From the NCBI GenBank assembly GCA_002269645.1, contig NIVC01000604.1, positions 186,001 through 250,000 of the forward strand: DNA of 64,000 nucleotides. Reading direction: 5' to 3'. Shown here one piece after another: positions 1 to 12,325 of the stretch; the first letter of the stretch is position 1; each line of letters opens with the position of its first letter. Origin of the DNA: Macrostomum lignano. Its lineage: Eukaryota. Under the pieces are notes generated by a model. The model made no database searches. It was not told where the DNA came from and was given only the letters and a program-made list of their open reading frames with translations. The translations under genes were made by a program, and so were the position numbers.

Positions 1-595
1 TGACAATTTAAACAAACTTAAGCAAAGATCTCGGCTTGCAGATGATGGGAAGCTCTGGCTGCTGAGTTCCTCAGGCTCAGGGGGGTAGCTGTGGTTGTGG
101 CTGAGCAGTCTAGTTTTGCCGACAATCAGAATGCCAAATGTAGAAATTCGTAGCCAATATAAAAAACTTCAAAATAAGCTAATTTGTCAGGAGTGTTACA
201 CTGCTACTATAGTAGTAGTTTGCTGCCACCATTGCAGTTATATGCGGTAAAAGTTCTAAAGCTCAAAACTAGCTCAAGTTTGCTTTAAGACTTCTCTTGA
301 GCCCACTAAGGGTCAAATAAAGCTTCCAAGGTCACAAAGGCTAAGACACCATTTCAAAACAAGGTTAAATTTGCTGGCATATTAAAGGGCTAAAAACTGA
401 GTAAATATTATTATTGTACCAACACAGAGTTCGAGCACACGCAACTATAAGCAAGTTCACTATTGTCAAATTAGTAGCAACTTAAATTGATGGGTTGGAC
501 AAAGAGCTGGTTGGGTTGGGATGCTAGGCTTACAACTAGGGGCAACTTGTATTAGGCTAGAGATGTACTGGAGATGGACAGTACTACAAGAGTCG

Positions 596-712
596 GGTGG
601 TTCCACACAAGAGTTGGGTAAAGCCACTTGAGAGTTGGGAAAAGCCACACGAGAGTTGGGTAAAGCGACACAAGAGTTGGGTAAAGCTACACAAGAGTTG
701 GGTAAAGACACA
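596..712. repeat. Short ~21-bp tandem repeat (CACAAGAGTTGGGTAAAGC-like)
   Basis: About 5 visible units; they explain the ALPNSC repeats in ORF 466-768. Confidence 0.75.
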
Positions 713-2132
713 AGGGTCTGGCTAGGAAAGGTGGGGTGCAGACTCTTAAATAGGCTCTCATGAGCCACTGGGAGGAAAAGGGTTACCCTGAGTGGGACAA
801 GAAAGACACAGCAGCCCCGCCTACCACATATGCATCTAGCATGATTTGGACTATGTGGGTGAGATTAGCAAGGGCATTTTTAGAGATCATTGAATATCCT
901 ACTAGTGCCACTCTTATTTGAATGCCACTATATGTGCTAGAATCTATCAGTTGTAAGCAATTTTTGAGACTTGCAATATAAGGCAAAAATGTTTAGCAGA
1001 TTTGTCAAATATGTTGTTATAGTTTTCTGTTTAGGCCATGCAGGAATAATTTAGTTTCTGTAGTATTCCAAGAGAGCTATACCATAGATGCTGCTAAGGT
1101 TGCCAATGGAGCTAGGCCTAATATTTGGCTTTTTGCCAAGCAAATCCATGCCAAGAAAATGCTTGCTAAGCTGATACCTAATATTAATGAAAAAGAAATA
1201 GGCCAAATATTATCTTTTAGACCTAACAAAAATATTTTTTTCATGATATTTTTTCTTTTTACTAACCTTATAGTACTAACAATAATAATATAGGCCTCTA
1301 TTTGCTTTTTATTCTATTCTATGACTATATAGAATAAATGCCTTGCATTTTTTATTTATCTATAAGTAAAGAAACCTTTTTTATTTAACTAAGCTGATTT
1401 AAGCTGCTTTTACACCCTTTGGCATACAGGGTGTTGACAGTCTCCTTATTCTCCTATTTTTTTATTTATATTTTAAAAAGCATTTTTTTTGTTAGTTGAA
1501 ATAACAAGAAAGTTATCCAATATACTAAAAATGAAAATCTTGCTTGCTTGCTTGTAATCGATTAGAGAAAAAATGGCTTAACCGATTTTCATGAGACTTG
1601 CACTGTTCGATCAGAAATTTTCCCGTGACGGTACATGTGTCTTGGCTAAGAAATTGCTCGATGCTAAATGCATTAAATACTCGAAAAACATGCTTTTATG
1701 CAAAGGTCAAGCAAACTTTTCGACTTGAAATGCATTGTAAGAATGCTAGAGAAAAAATTGACTGGTTGAATTCTGATTCTGAAATAGATTGCATCATAAC
1801 TGAATTGTAACTCCGACTTGAATTGCGTCACAGTATTGAAAATGCAGTGTGGAAGCGTAGCACCAGACTTGATTTAGATTGCGTAACCATATTGTCAACT
1901 TTAATTGAGACTGATACTGACTTGCCTGGGAAATTGATTATGTCATAACTGCTTCGTGAGTGAGTGTTAAATTTTATATAAGTGCTACAATATTTCATTA
2001 ATAAATTCGATAAGAGCTTGCCTAGATGTGAACAGACTGGACTGCCAATGCAGCGACCTGGGTTCGAATCTTAGTAGAGAAATGTTTTTTTTATTGAAAG
2101 CTTTTATTAAAGGACTAATTAAAGGACTAAAG

Positions 2133-5100
2133 GCGTCATGTAAAAACCATAGAAGCGTCATGTAAACAATCGTAGAAGCGTCATGTAAAAAATCGTAGAA
2201 GCGTCATGTAAAGAATCGTAGAAGCGTCATGAAAAATCATAGAAGCGTCATGTAAACAATCGTAGAAGCGTCATTTAAACAATCATAGAAGCGTCATGTA
2301 AACAATCATAGAAGCGTCATGTAAACAATCGTAGAAGCGTCATGTAAACAATCATAGAAGCGTCATGTAAACAATCATAGAAGCGTCATGAAAAATCACA
2401 GAAGCGTCATGTAAAAGTCATAGAAGCGTCATGTAAACAATCATAGAAGCGTCATGTAAACAATCATAGAAGCGTCATGTAAACAATCATAGAAGCGTCA
2501 TACAAAAAATCATAGAAGCATCATGTAAACAATCATAGAAGCGTCATGTAAAAATCATAGAAGCGTCATGTAAACAATCATAGAAGCGTCATGTAAACAA
2601 TCATAGAAGCGTCATACAAAAAATCATAGAAGCGTCATGTAAAAATCATAGAAGCGTCATGTAAAAATCATAGAAGCGTCATGTAAAAAATCATAGAAGC
2701 GTCATGTAAAAAAATCATAGAAGCGTCATGTAAAAAATCATAGAAGCGTCATGTAAAAAATCATAGAAGCGTCATGTAAAAATCATAGATGCGTCATGTA
2801 AAAATCATAGAAGCGTCATGTAAAAATCATAGAAGTGTCATGTAAAAAATCATAGAAGCGTCATGTAAAAGTCATAGAAGCGTCATGTAAACAATCATAG
2901 AAGCGTCATGTAAACAATCGTAGAAGCGTCATTTAAACAATCATAGAAGCGTCATGTAAACAATCATAGAAGCGTCATGTAAACAATCGTAGAAGCGTCA
3001 TGTAAACAATCGTAGAAGCGTCATGTAAACAATCGTAGAAGCGTCCTACAAAAAATCATAGAAGCGTCATGTAAACAATCATAGAAGCGTCATGAAAAAT
3101 CACAGAAGCGTCATGTAAAAGTCATAGAAGCGTCATGTAAACAATCATAGAAGCGTCATGTAAACAATCATAGAAGCGTCATACAAAAAATCATAGAAGC
3201 GTCATGTAAACAATCATAGAAGCGTCATGAAAAATCATAGAAGCGTCATGTAAACAATCATAGAAGCGTCATGTAAACAATCATAGAAGCGTCATACAAA
3301 AAATCATAGAAGCGTCATGTAAAAATCATAGAAGCGTCATGTAAAAATCATAGAAGCGTCATGTAAAAAAATCATAGAAGCGTCATGTAAACAATCATAG
3401 AAGCGTCCTACAAAAAATCGTAGAAGCGTCATGTAAACAATCATAGAAGCGTCATGTAAACAATCATAGAAGCGTCATACAAAAAATCATAGAAGCGTCA
3501 TGTAAAAATCATAGAAGCGTCATGTAAAAATCATAGAAGCGTCATGTAAAAATCATAGAAGCGTCATGTAAAAAAATCATAGAAGCGTCATGTAAAAAAT
3601 CATAGAAGCGTCATGTAAAAAATCATAGAAGCGTCATGTAAACAATCATAGAAGCGTCATGTAAAAATCATAGAAGCGTCATGTAAAAATCATAGAAGTG
3701 TCATGTAAAAAATCATAGAAGCGTCATGTAAAAGTCATAGAAGCGTCATGTAAACAATCATAGAAGCGTCATGTAAACAATCGTAGAAGCGTCATTTAAA
3801 CAATCATAGAAGCGTCATGTAAACAATCATAGAAGCGTCATGTAAACAATCGTAGAAGCGTCATGTAAACAATCGTAGAAGCGTCATGTAAACAATCGTA
3901 GAAGCGTCATGTAAACAATCGTAGAAGCGTCCTACAAAAAATCATAGAAGCGTCATGTAAACAATCATAGAAGCGTCATGAAAAATCACAGAAGCGTCAT
4001 GTAAAAGTCATAGAAGCGTCATGTAAACAATCATAGAAGCGTCATGTAAACAATCATAGAAGCGTCATACAAAAAATCATAGAAGCGTCATGTAAACAAT
4101 CATAGAAGCGTCATGAAAAATCATAGAAGCGTCATGTAAAAATCATAGAAGCGTCATGTAAAAAATCATAGAAGCTTCATGTAAAAAAATCATAGAAGCG
4201 TCATGTAAACAATCGTAGAAGCGTCATGTAAAAAATCATAGAAGCGTCATGTAAAAAAATCATAGAAGCGTCATGTAAAAAATCATAGAAGCGTCATGTA
4301 AAAAATCATAGAAGCGTCATGTAAAAAATCGTAGAAGCGTCATGTAAGAAATCGTAGAAGCGTCATTAAAAATCATAGAAGCGTCATGTAAACAATCGTA
4401 GAAGCGTCATGTAAAAAATCATAGAAGCGTCATGTAACAATCATAGAAGCGTCATGTAAAAATCATAGAAGCGTCATGTAAACAATCATAGAAGCGTCAT
4501 GTAAACAATCGTAGAAGCGTCATGTAAACAATCGTAGAAGCTTCATGTAAAAATCATAGAAGCGTCATGTAAAAAATCATAGAAGCATCATGTAAACAAT
4601 CATAGAAGCGTCATGAAAAATCACAGAAGCGTCATGTAAAAGTCATAGAAGCGTCATGTAAACAATCATAGAAGCGTCATGTAAACAATCATAGAAGCGT
4701 CATACAAAAAATCATAGAAGCGTCATGTAAACAATCATAGAAGCGTCATGAAAAATCATAGAAGCGTCATGTAAACAATCATAGAAGCGTCATGTAAAAA
4801 ATCATAGAAGCGTCATGTAAAAAAATCATAGAAGCGTCATGTAAACAATCGTAGAAGCGTCATGTAAAAAATCATAGAAGCGTCATGTAAAAAAATCATA
4901 GAAGCGTCATGTAAAAAATCATAGAAGCGTCATGTAAAAAATCATAGAAGCGTCATGTAAAGAATCGTAGAAGCGTCATGTAAGAAATCGTAGAAGCGTC
5001 ATTAAAAATCATAGAAGCGTCATGTAAACAATCGTAGAAGCGTCATGTAAAAAATCATAGAAGCGTCATGTAACAATCATAGAAGCGTCATGTAAAAATC

Positions 5101-5620
5101 ATAGAAGCGTCATGTAAACAATCATAGAAGCGTCATGTAAACAATCGTAGAAGCGTCATGTAAACAATCGTAGAAGCTTCATGTAAAAATCATAGAAGCG
5201 TCATGTAAAAAATCATAGAAGCGTCATGTAAAAAATCATAGAAGCGTCATGTAAACAATCATAGAAGCGTCATGTAAAAATCATAGAAGCGTCATGTAAA
5301 CAATCGTAGAAGCGTCATGTAAAAAATCGTAGAAGCGTCATGTAAAAAATCATAGAAGCGTCATGTAAACAATCATAGAAGCGTCATGTAAACAATCATA
5401 GAAGCGTCATGTAAACAATCATAGAAGCGTCATGTAAAAAATCGTAGAAGCGTCATGTAAACAATCATAGAAGCGTCATGTAAAAAATCATAGAAGCGTC
5501 ATGTAAACAATCATAGAAGCGTCATGTAAACAATCATAGAAGCGTCATATAAAAAATCATAGAAGCGTCATGTAAAAATCATAGAAGCGTCAATAAAAAA
5601 TCATAGAAGCCTCATTTAAA
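2133..5620. repeat. 22-24-bp minisatellite (AGAAGCGTCATGTAAACAATCAT), roughly 150 units
   Basis: Continuous tandem array with a variable A-run, read directly from the sequence. Confidence 0.97.
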
Positions 5621-6517
5621 ACTAATGAAAGTGTCATTTAAAAAATTAAGAAGCGTCACGGTAGAATAAAAGAAACGTCATGTCAGACATGAAGGGTTCA
5701 TGTAAAAATTAAATGCAACTATAATGCTGTGCTGGGGAGAAAAACTGAGACGCAAAGGCTCTCAGAGAATAACTGAGATTACGGGGGGGGGGTTTCTGAG
5801 ATGTCAAAGCAAAAGTCAGAAGCTACTTCAAAGTTCATGTACTTTACTCCATTTTTTATTGCATTATTTGTTGGCTCGCCATGCACGGGGGGGCGCTAAT
5901 AGAAGAAGAGTCATGTAAAAAATAAAAGTAGCACTAAGTATACATAAAAGAAAAGTCATGTCGAAGTTAAAAGATTCATTTGGGAATTGCTACGATGTCA
6001 AAGCTTGGTGGAAATCGTTATAGTGCTGTGATTCTTAAAGAAAGAATCACTAAAATGTCAAGGCTTAGGGGAGAAGAATTGCTGAGATTTCAAGGCTTTA
6101 GGTTGGGTTAAAGTTAGGTTTAGGTCAGGTGTGGGTTGAGGGTTAGATTTTAGCGCGTTTCAAGGTTAACAGGGGATTTTTTAGATTTCAAGGTTTATGG
6201 GGGCCATTGCTGACATGTCAAGGCTTACGGGGGGAATAGCTGAGATGTCAAGGCTCACGGGGGTATAAATGAGATTTCAAGGCTAAAGTCAGAAGCTACA
6301 TGTAGTTTATTGAAAACTTTTTATTACATTATTTGATGCCTCCTCAGGGGAGGGATCGCTGATAAAAAAGCGTAATGTAAAGAATAAAAGAAGCTTCATG
6401 TCGAAGTTAAGAGATTCATTTGGGAATCCCTACGATGTTGAGGCTTGCAAGGAATCGCTATAATGCTGTAGTAGTGCTATAATGACTCTTAGAGAGAATT
6501 ACTGAAATTTCAATGCT

Positions 6518-6562
6518 TTAGGGTTAGGGTTAGGGTTAGGGTTAGGCTAGGGTTAGGGTTAG
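6518..6562 (+). repeat. Interstitial telomere-like (TTAGGG)n tract
   Basis: TTAGGG x4, TTAGGC, TAGGG, TTAGGG, TTAG. Confidence 0.85.
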
Positions 6563-7865
6563 AAGGTTGACAGATATTTTTAGATTTCCAAGGCTTATTG
6601 GGGTCATTGCTGAGATGTCAAGGGGGGAAGTTGATATGTTAAAGCTTGTGGTGGGATAACTGACAAGTCAAGGCTTACAAGGTTTGACAGGAGATTTTTT
6701 ATGATTTCAAGGATACATTTAGCTTATTAAAAAAACGTGTATTGCATTTCTTTGGCTCCCCAACGGGGGGCGTAGATTGCTAGTAATATCCTAATTATAA
6801 GTTATGAATATATTTTTTATGTAGAAAATATCAACTCTATCTTCTTTCCCCTTTGTACCTAAACCTTTACTTTTGCTATAATGAAGTTAAAACTATCTGT
6901 TCATCTTGTTGGCCATTGAGGTAGTTAGGTTGTAGCAATAATAATGATACATTGGTAATAATAGGGTAGCACAGAAAAGTTTTCCAAGATAACTGCTAGT
7001 GTCTAAAAGTGGTTTTAAAGTCTCTTTATTTTCTCTTTTTTTGACAGGCTAAAAACCATAGTCTGGAAGATGGCCAGTGGCCTTAATGCCAAAAAATTCC
7101 GTCTTATTTTTGCCCCCCCCCCACTGGCAATCTTGGTATATATTTGGCATATAGAATTTTTAGGTTCAACCTAAAGTGTACATAGTCGGCATACAAAAAT
7201 AGCCAAGTTCAGAGCAAGGAGCTCAAACTAGGCTTGTCTTGTTGCCTGTCCTGACATAGTATGTCTAGGTTAGATGCTTGCTGCAAAGGCAATAATATTA
7301 TAATTGGCCTAGAGTCTGGTTGCTGGTGTTTTAAAGATTTTTGAGTTTGTTCTGACAAGGGTTTTGGCTAAAAAAAGCAATCAAGCTTTTGTTGTTTTGT
7401 GAGAAGTAGTTCTATAGTATCATTCCAGTTTGTACACCCAAATTCAAGTAGAGAAAGAAATTATATAGCATAAAATATAAGATATGATAGCCTTAGCTTA
7501 TGCAACATTTTAAAGACTAAATGTATATTGTATCCTTACATGTAGAAGATCTTGGGGAAATATATTAGCCAGTTGCCTGTTTCACCAGCTATTGAGTTGA
7601 CTTGCCTAAGGATATTTGGCAGTCTAGTTTCAGCTCCATTAACTAGTCATAATAAAGCAGTGCAACATTGCTTCACCTGAACACTACTAGTATCAGTTGC
7701 CAATCTTGGCCATTTTGCTAGACTGTGACCTCCATCTCACCAATTGGCTAGAAACTCTCACCAGTGTAGGTTTTAAGAATTGTGGAAGTTAGCTACAGGC
7801 AAAGTCTAGAGTCCAGGTCTGGCTTTTCTATTTCTAGAAGCTTGGCATAGTAAAAGTTGCTGCTG

Positions 7866-8225
7866 AAAGACTGAAGATAAGTTGATCCCTCAGCCTTATT
7901 TTTTATCAGCTATGTCAAATTTTTAGTGCTTGGATGCAGCCTTGAGACTAAAAATAAAGTCAGCAAAGATTTTCTCACCTGGTCTCTACATGCACTGTTA
8001 GAACCAAAATCTTGCTGAGAGTATAGAAGTCTTTGGGGCATAGTGCTATTTCAGAAGTTTTGCCAGATCTTTGTATGAATTTGAAGACATAGCATCTGGC
8101 TAGCACAGATTGGAAAGCACTTTATATGCCTCTTTTCTAATTTTAGTTACAAGTGTTGCAATCTTTGCTTCATTTTTAATATCCTTTTTGAGGAATTGGT
8201 CAAACCTTTTCAGGTAGATGTCCAT
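7866..8225 (-). mobile_element. Decayed Ty3/Gypsy gag relic with stops and a frameshift
   Basis: Minus-strand translation MDIYLKRFDQFLKKDIKNEAKIATLVTKIRKEAYKVLSNLC*PD...YKDLAKLLK*HYAPKTSILSARFWF*QCM*RPGE...ADF...LKAASKH, then (frameshifted) RLRDQLIFSL. This follows the Gypsy gag N-terminal pattern. The relic probably extends leftwards. Confidence 0.75.
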
Positions 8226-9003
8226 ATCAGAGTTTGCTGTATGTAAGGATTCTACCAATGGATCCTAGATACTTATTGTCACTGTCAAGTTATGGCCAAT
8301 AAGACATTTGTAGGCTGTTGCCCTCAAAATAAAAACCATAGATGGTGAACTAAACTTTAGATATTTAGTATCAATAATAAATATTAAGTAGAAGTGGATT
8401 AGTGCATGCACACTAATATCTAATAGTAAAGGTCCTATGGTTTATTAATATGCTTGCAAAAAACAAATATTGAATAAAAATAGCAGGTGTTGGTATTTTG
8501 TGGCCTAGCCCAAGGCTGCGGCGTTGTTACTTTAGTTTATTAACTTAATTTAAAAAATAGAGCATCAGAAGTTCATTAAATTGACAATCAATATTTTACA
8601 AAGTAGTAATTTCACAATTGACTCTGAAAATATGCTAGGCCATGAATTACCAATACTCAAAAATAGCTTTCTTTGGAAATGAATCAGAAAATAATTGTTA
8701 AATGTTTGAATATTGTTTTTATATTTTTAGAATCCAAAAATAGATATAGGTCAAGGGTCCATGGAATTGACAGCATTACATTTTGCTGTTTGTGGAAAAA
8801 TGTTATTGAATGTGTTTCACTTGGGTGCTGACAACCCTCTTGCTTTAAAATAACTTCATTCTTATTGTGGCTACTTAGCCTTTATTATTCTTTTATTAAG
8901 GCTAAAAGTAATAAACTATAATTTTAATAAGATTTATGAATTTTGACAGTTTATTGAAAATTTTACAACTGTTTATCCTAATTGCTATCTATGCTACAGC
9001 GTC

Positions 9004-9302
9004 ATGGGTTCCAAGTCGTCTAAGATTGCATTTGAGATCTGCTCAGTAACTTCAGATTACAAAGTAGCAGACCAGGGGCCAATGGTAACCCTGCACATGT
9101 ACGACAAGGATGGCAACCTCTCGCCTGCATTCTCACTTAGTAATGCATTCTTTCAAGAGGAGGACGGCAGTGTGCGGGACAAGTTCACAATACCGCAAGC
9201 CAGCTGGTGCCGCAAAGGATTTGGCAAAGTGCACAAAATTGAATTCTGGCGAGATGCGTCTGGTGTGGAGTTTGACTGGTTTTGCGAGAAAGTTATTATC
9301 AG
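9004..9302 (+). CDS. Lipoxygenase-like gene, coding exon 1 (PLAT/LH2 domain)
   Basis: ATG at 9004; PLAT-like beta-strand pattern ending in DWFCEKVII; donor AG|GTAAAG after 9302 (phase 2). Confidence 0.85.
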
Positions 9303-9344
9303 GTAAAGCATTTCTTTATTCTATTTGTAAGAAATTATGGAATT

Positions 9345-10410
9345 AACACTGCTAGCACTTGGTCCTTCTATGGGACACTGCTAGCACCTGTTCCTTCATT
9401 AGGACGCAACTAGCCCCTGTCTTTCATTAGGACACAGCTAGCACCTGTCTTTCATTAGGACACAGCTAGCACCTGGTCCTTCATTATGACACTGCTAGCA
9501 CCTGGTCCTTCATTAGGACACTGCTAGCACCTGGTCTTTCATTATGACACTGCTAGCACCTGGTCTTTCATTAAGACACTGCTAGCACCTGGTCTTTCAT
9601 TAAGACACTGCTAGCACCTGGTCTTTCATTAAGACACTGCTAGCACCTGTTCTTTCATTAAGACACTGCTAGCACCTGGTCCTTCATTAGGACACTGCTA
9701 GCACCTGATCTTTCATTAGGACACTGCTAGCACCTGGTCTTTCATTAGGACACTGCTAGCACCTGGTCCTTCATTATGACACTGCTAGCACCTGGTCCTT
9801 CATTAAGACACTGCTAACACCTGGTCTTTCATTAGGACACTGCTAGCACCTGGTCTTTCATTATGACACTGCTAGCACCTGGTCTTTCATTATGACACTG
9901 CTAGCACCTGGTCTTTCATTAGGACGCAACTAGCACCTGTCTTTCATTAGGACACAGCTAGCACCTGTCTTTCATTAGGACACAGCTAGCACCTGGTCCT
10001 TCATTAAGACACTGCTAGCTAGCACCTGGTCCTTCATTAGGACACAGCTAGCACCTGGTCTTTCATTAGGACACTGCTAGCACCTGTCTTTAATTAGGAC
10101 ACTGCTAGCACCTGGTCTTTAATTAGGACACTGCTAGCACCTGGTCCTTCATTAGGACACTGCTAGCTAGCACCTGGTCCTTCATTAGGACACTGCTAGC
10201 ACCTGGTCCTTCATTAGGACACTGCTAGCACCTGGTCTTTCATTATGACACTGCTAGCACCTGGTCTTTCATTAAGACACTGCTAGCACCTGGTCTTTCA
10301 TTAAGACACTGCTAGCACCTGTTCTTTCATTAAGACACTGCTAGCACCTGGTCCTTCATTAAGACACTGCTAGCACCTGGTCCTTCATTAGGACACTGCT
10401 AGCACCTGGT
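9345..10410. repeat. 29-bp minisatellite (ACACTGCTAGCACCTGGTCCTTCATTAGG) in LOX intron 1
   Basis: Tandem array read directly. Confidence 0.95.
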
Positions 10411-10471
10411 CGCATATCTCATACCATCAAAACTATCTAACAGCCTATGGACAAATCACCCACCCCTGCAG

Positions 10472-10834
10472 AGACAGGCGCCAGGGCATCGGCGGCAAGT
10501 GGCTGTATTCCTACTTCCCTGTGCACCGCTGGATCCACCCGGACAGGCACTATTTCTCCCACGACTGCGAGTCCTTCCTGCCGGCCGACGACCCCATGCC
10601 GGACGAGCGCATCGCCGAGCTCACCGAGCGCAGGAACAATTTCCAACTCTATCAGCGAGGTCCCGGCCTGCCCCTGGAGCTGCAGTGTGTACCAGCTGAC
10701 GAGACATTCACGTTCGATAATCGATGGGCGATTGAAAAGACTAAGGATGAAATTATAATGAGCAAGGGCCTGGATGTGCACTATTCCAGTGTGGACCATT
10801 TTGCTAGCTTTGACGATATGGTTAACTACTATAG
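10472..10834 (+). CDS. Lipoxygenase-like gene, exon 2 (end of PLAT, start of catalytic domain)
   Basis: Acceptor CCCCTGCAG| at 10471 joins exon 1 in frame. YFPVHRWI matches the PLAT C-terminal FP..RW motif; LPADDP and LPADE-like (VPADETF) motifs follow. Donor AG|GTAGGC, phase 2. Confidence 0.9.
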
Positions 10835-10886
10835 GTAGGCTTTTTATTATTGCTTTGGGCAGGGTTAGTAACGATAACCTTGATAT

Positions 10887-11265
10887 TCCATAGAAAATCG
10901 CCTTCTAATCTCTTTGAAAATCGCCCTTCAACCCGAAGGAAAATCGTTTTCTAATCTCGTAAAAACGGCTTCTAATCCCACGATAAATCAACTTCTTATC
11001 CCATAGAAAAGCAGCTTCTAATCCCATAGAAAATCGCCTTCTAATCCCATGGAAAATCGCCTTCTAATCCCAAATCCCATAGAAAATTGCCTTCTAATCC
11101 CATAGAAAATCACCTTTTAATCCCATACAAAGGCAGCTTCTAATCCCATAGAAAAGCAGCTTCTATTCCCATCGAAAATCACCTTTTAATCCCATAGAAA
11201 AGCAGCTTCTAATCCCATAGAAAAGCAGCGTCTAATCCCAAATCCCATAAAAAATCAGCGTCTAA
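10887..11265. repeat. ~24-bp minisatellite (CCATAGAAAATCGCCTTCTAATC) in LOX intron 2
   Basis: Degenerate tandem array. Confidence 0.85.
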
Positions 11266-11433
11266 TCTAACGGAAAATCCTATTTATTGACTTTAACGCC
11301 ATCAACAATAGCCCTTCATCGCTGTCGAAACTCGCTGGTTTGAACCAATTCGCAGTGCGTTTTATTTTATTAAAAATCCGAATGTCTGACAATACAATGC
11401 AGTATTGAAGAATCTCGTCCCCGCCTTATCCAG

Positions 11434-12204
11434 GACGTACAGTATCACGGAGCCGCTGTCGGTGCAGCGCTGGTCTCCAATGGCGCAGGAGCACGACATT
11501 GTGTTCGGCGCTCAGCGCCTCCGCGGCTGCAACCCGTTCGCTGTCCGAGTGTGCAAAGCAATCCCGGACAACTTCGGCGTGGCCGTCGAATGGCTCAAGC
11601 CGCACCTGGAGGGCTGGACGCTGCAGCACATTCTCGACGCCAGGCGATTGTTCATTGTTGACTACGCCATCATGGAGGGCGTGGAGTGCAAGAACGGCAG
11701 GCAGTTCTGCTCCCCAATGGCCCTGTTTTTTTGGACTGAGCGGCTACAGCTGGTGCCGCTGGCCATTCAGCTCAACCAGACCGTCGGCCCGGCCTCGCCA
11801 GTCATCATGCCGACTGACAGCCCTCACGCCTGGCTGCAGGCCAAGCTGTGGTTCAATCTGGCTGATTCCTGCTATCACCTGGTTGTGCACCGCCTAATGC
11901 ACCATCTGATCCTTGAAGGCGTGTACGTTGCCATGCGGAAGAACCTGGCCCAATCGCATCCTATCTATCAGGCTTTGGCGCCGCATTTTCAACACCTGCT
12001 AGCGGTGAACTCGCGGCTGAAGGACTGGTTCTTCAACGACAGCGGCTGGATTGGCCAGAATATGCAGCTGTCCCGCAAGGGCATCCGGCAGCTGCTGAAG
12101 AAGGCTTATAAAGGCTGGCGATTCGATCAGCACGTTAATATTTATCGGGAGCTGGAGTCGCGCGGAGTGTACGATTCAAGTGTGCTGCCCGGATACCCCT
12201 ATCG
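11434..12204 (+). CDS. Lipoxygenase-like gene, exon 3 (catalytic core)
   Basis: Acceptor TTATCCAG| at 11433. Contains FGAQRLRGCNP, LVPLAIQL, WLQAKLW, H-x4-H (HRLMHH), HPIYQ and YPYR. Donor CG|GTAAGG. Confidence 0.95.
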
Positions 12205-12325
12205 GTAAGGTTTCACTAAGCCTCATAGAATAGCCTCATTGTTTCTCGACAAGAGGGGTTTTATATCTCTGACACAGCCTCTTTCACAACTCCCGAAACG
12301 TTAAGTTAGGGTTAAGGTTAAGCTT

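Noticed and set aside
2020-2075. tRNA-like segment with GGGTTCGAATC B box
   Set aside because: No complete cloverleaf; at most a degraded SINE head.
1-9003. Upstream catalase-like allene oxide synthase domain, as in coral AOS-LOX fusions
   Set aside because: No catalase-related coding exon is visible upstream; the region is satellite and TE relic.
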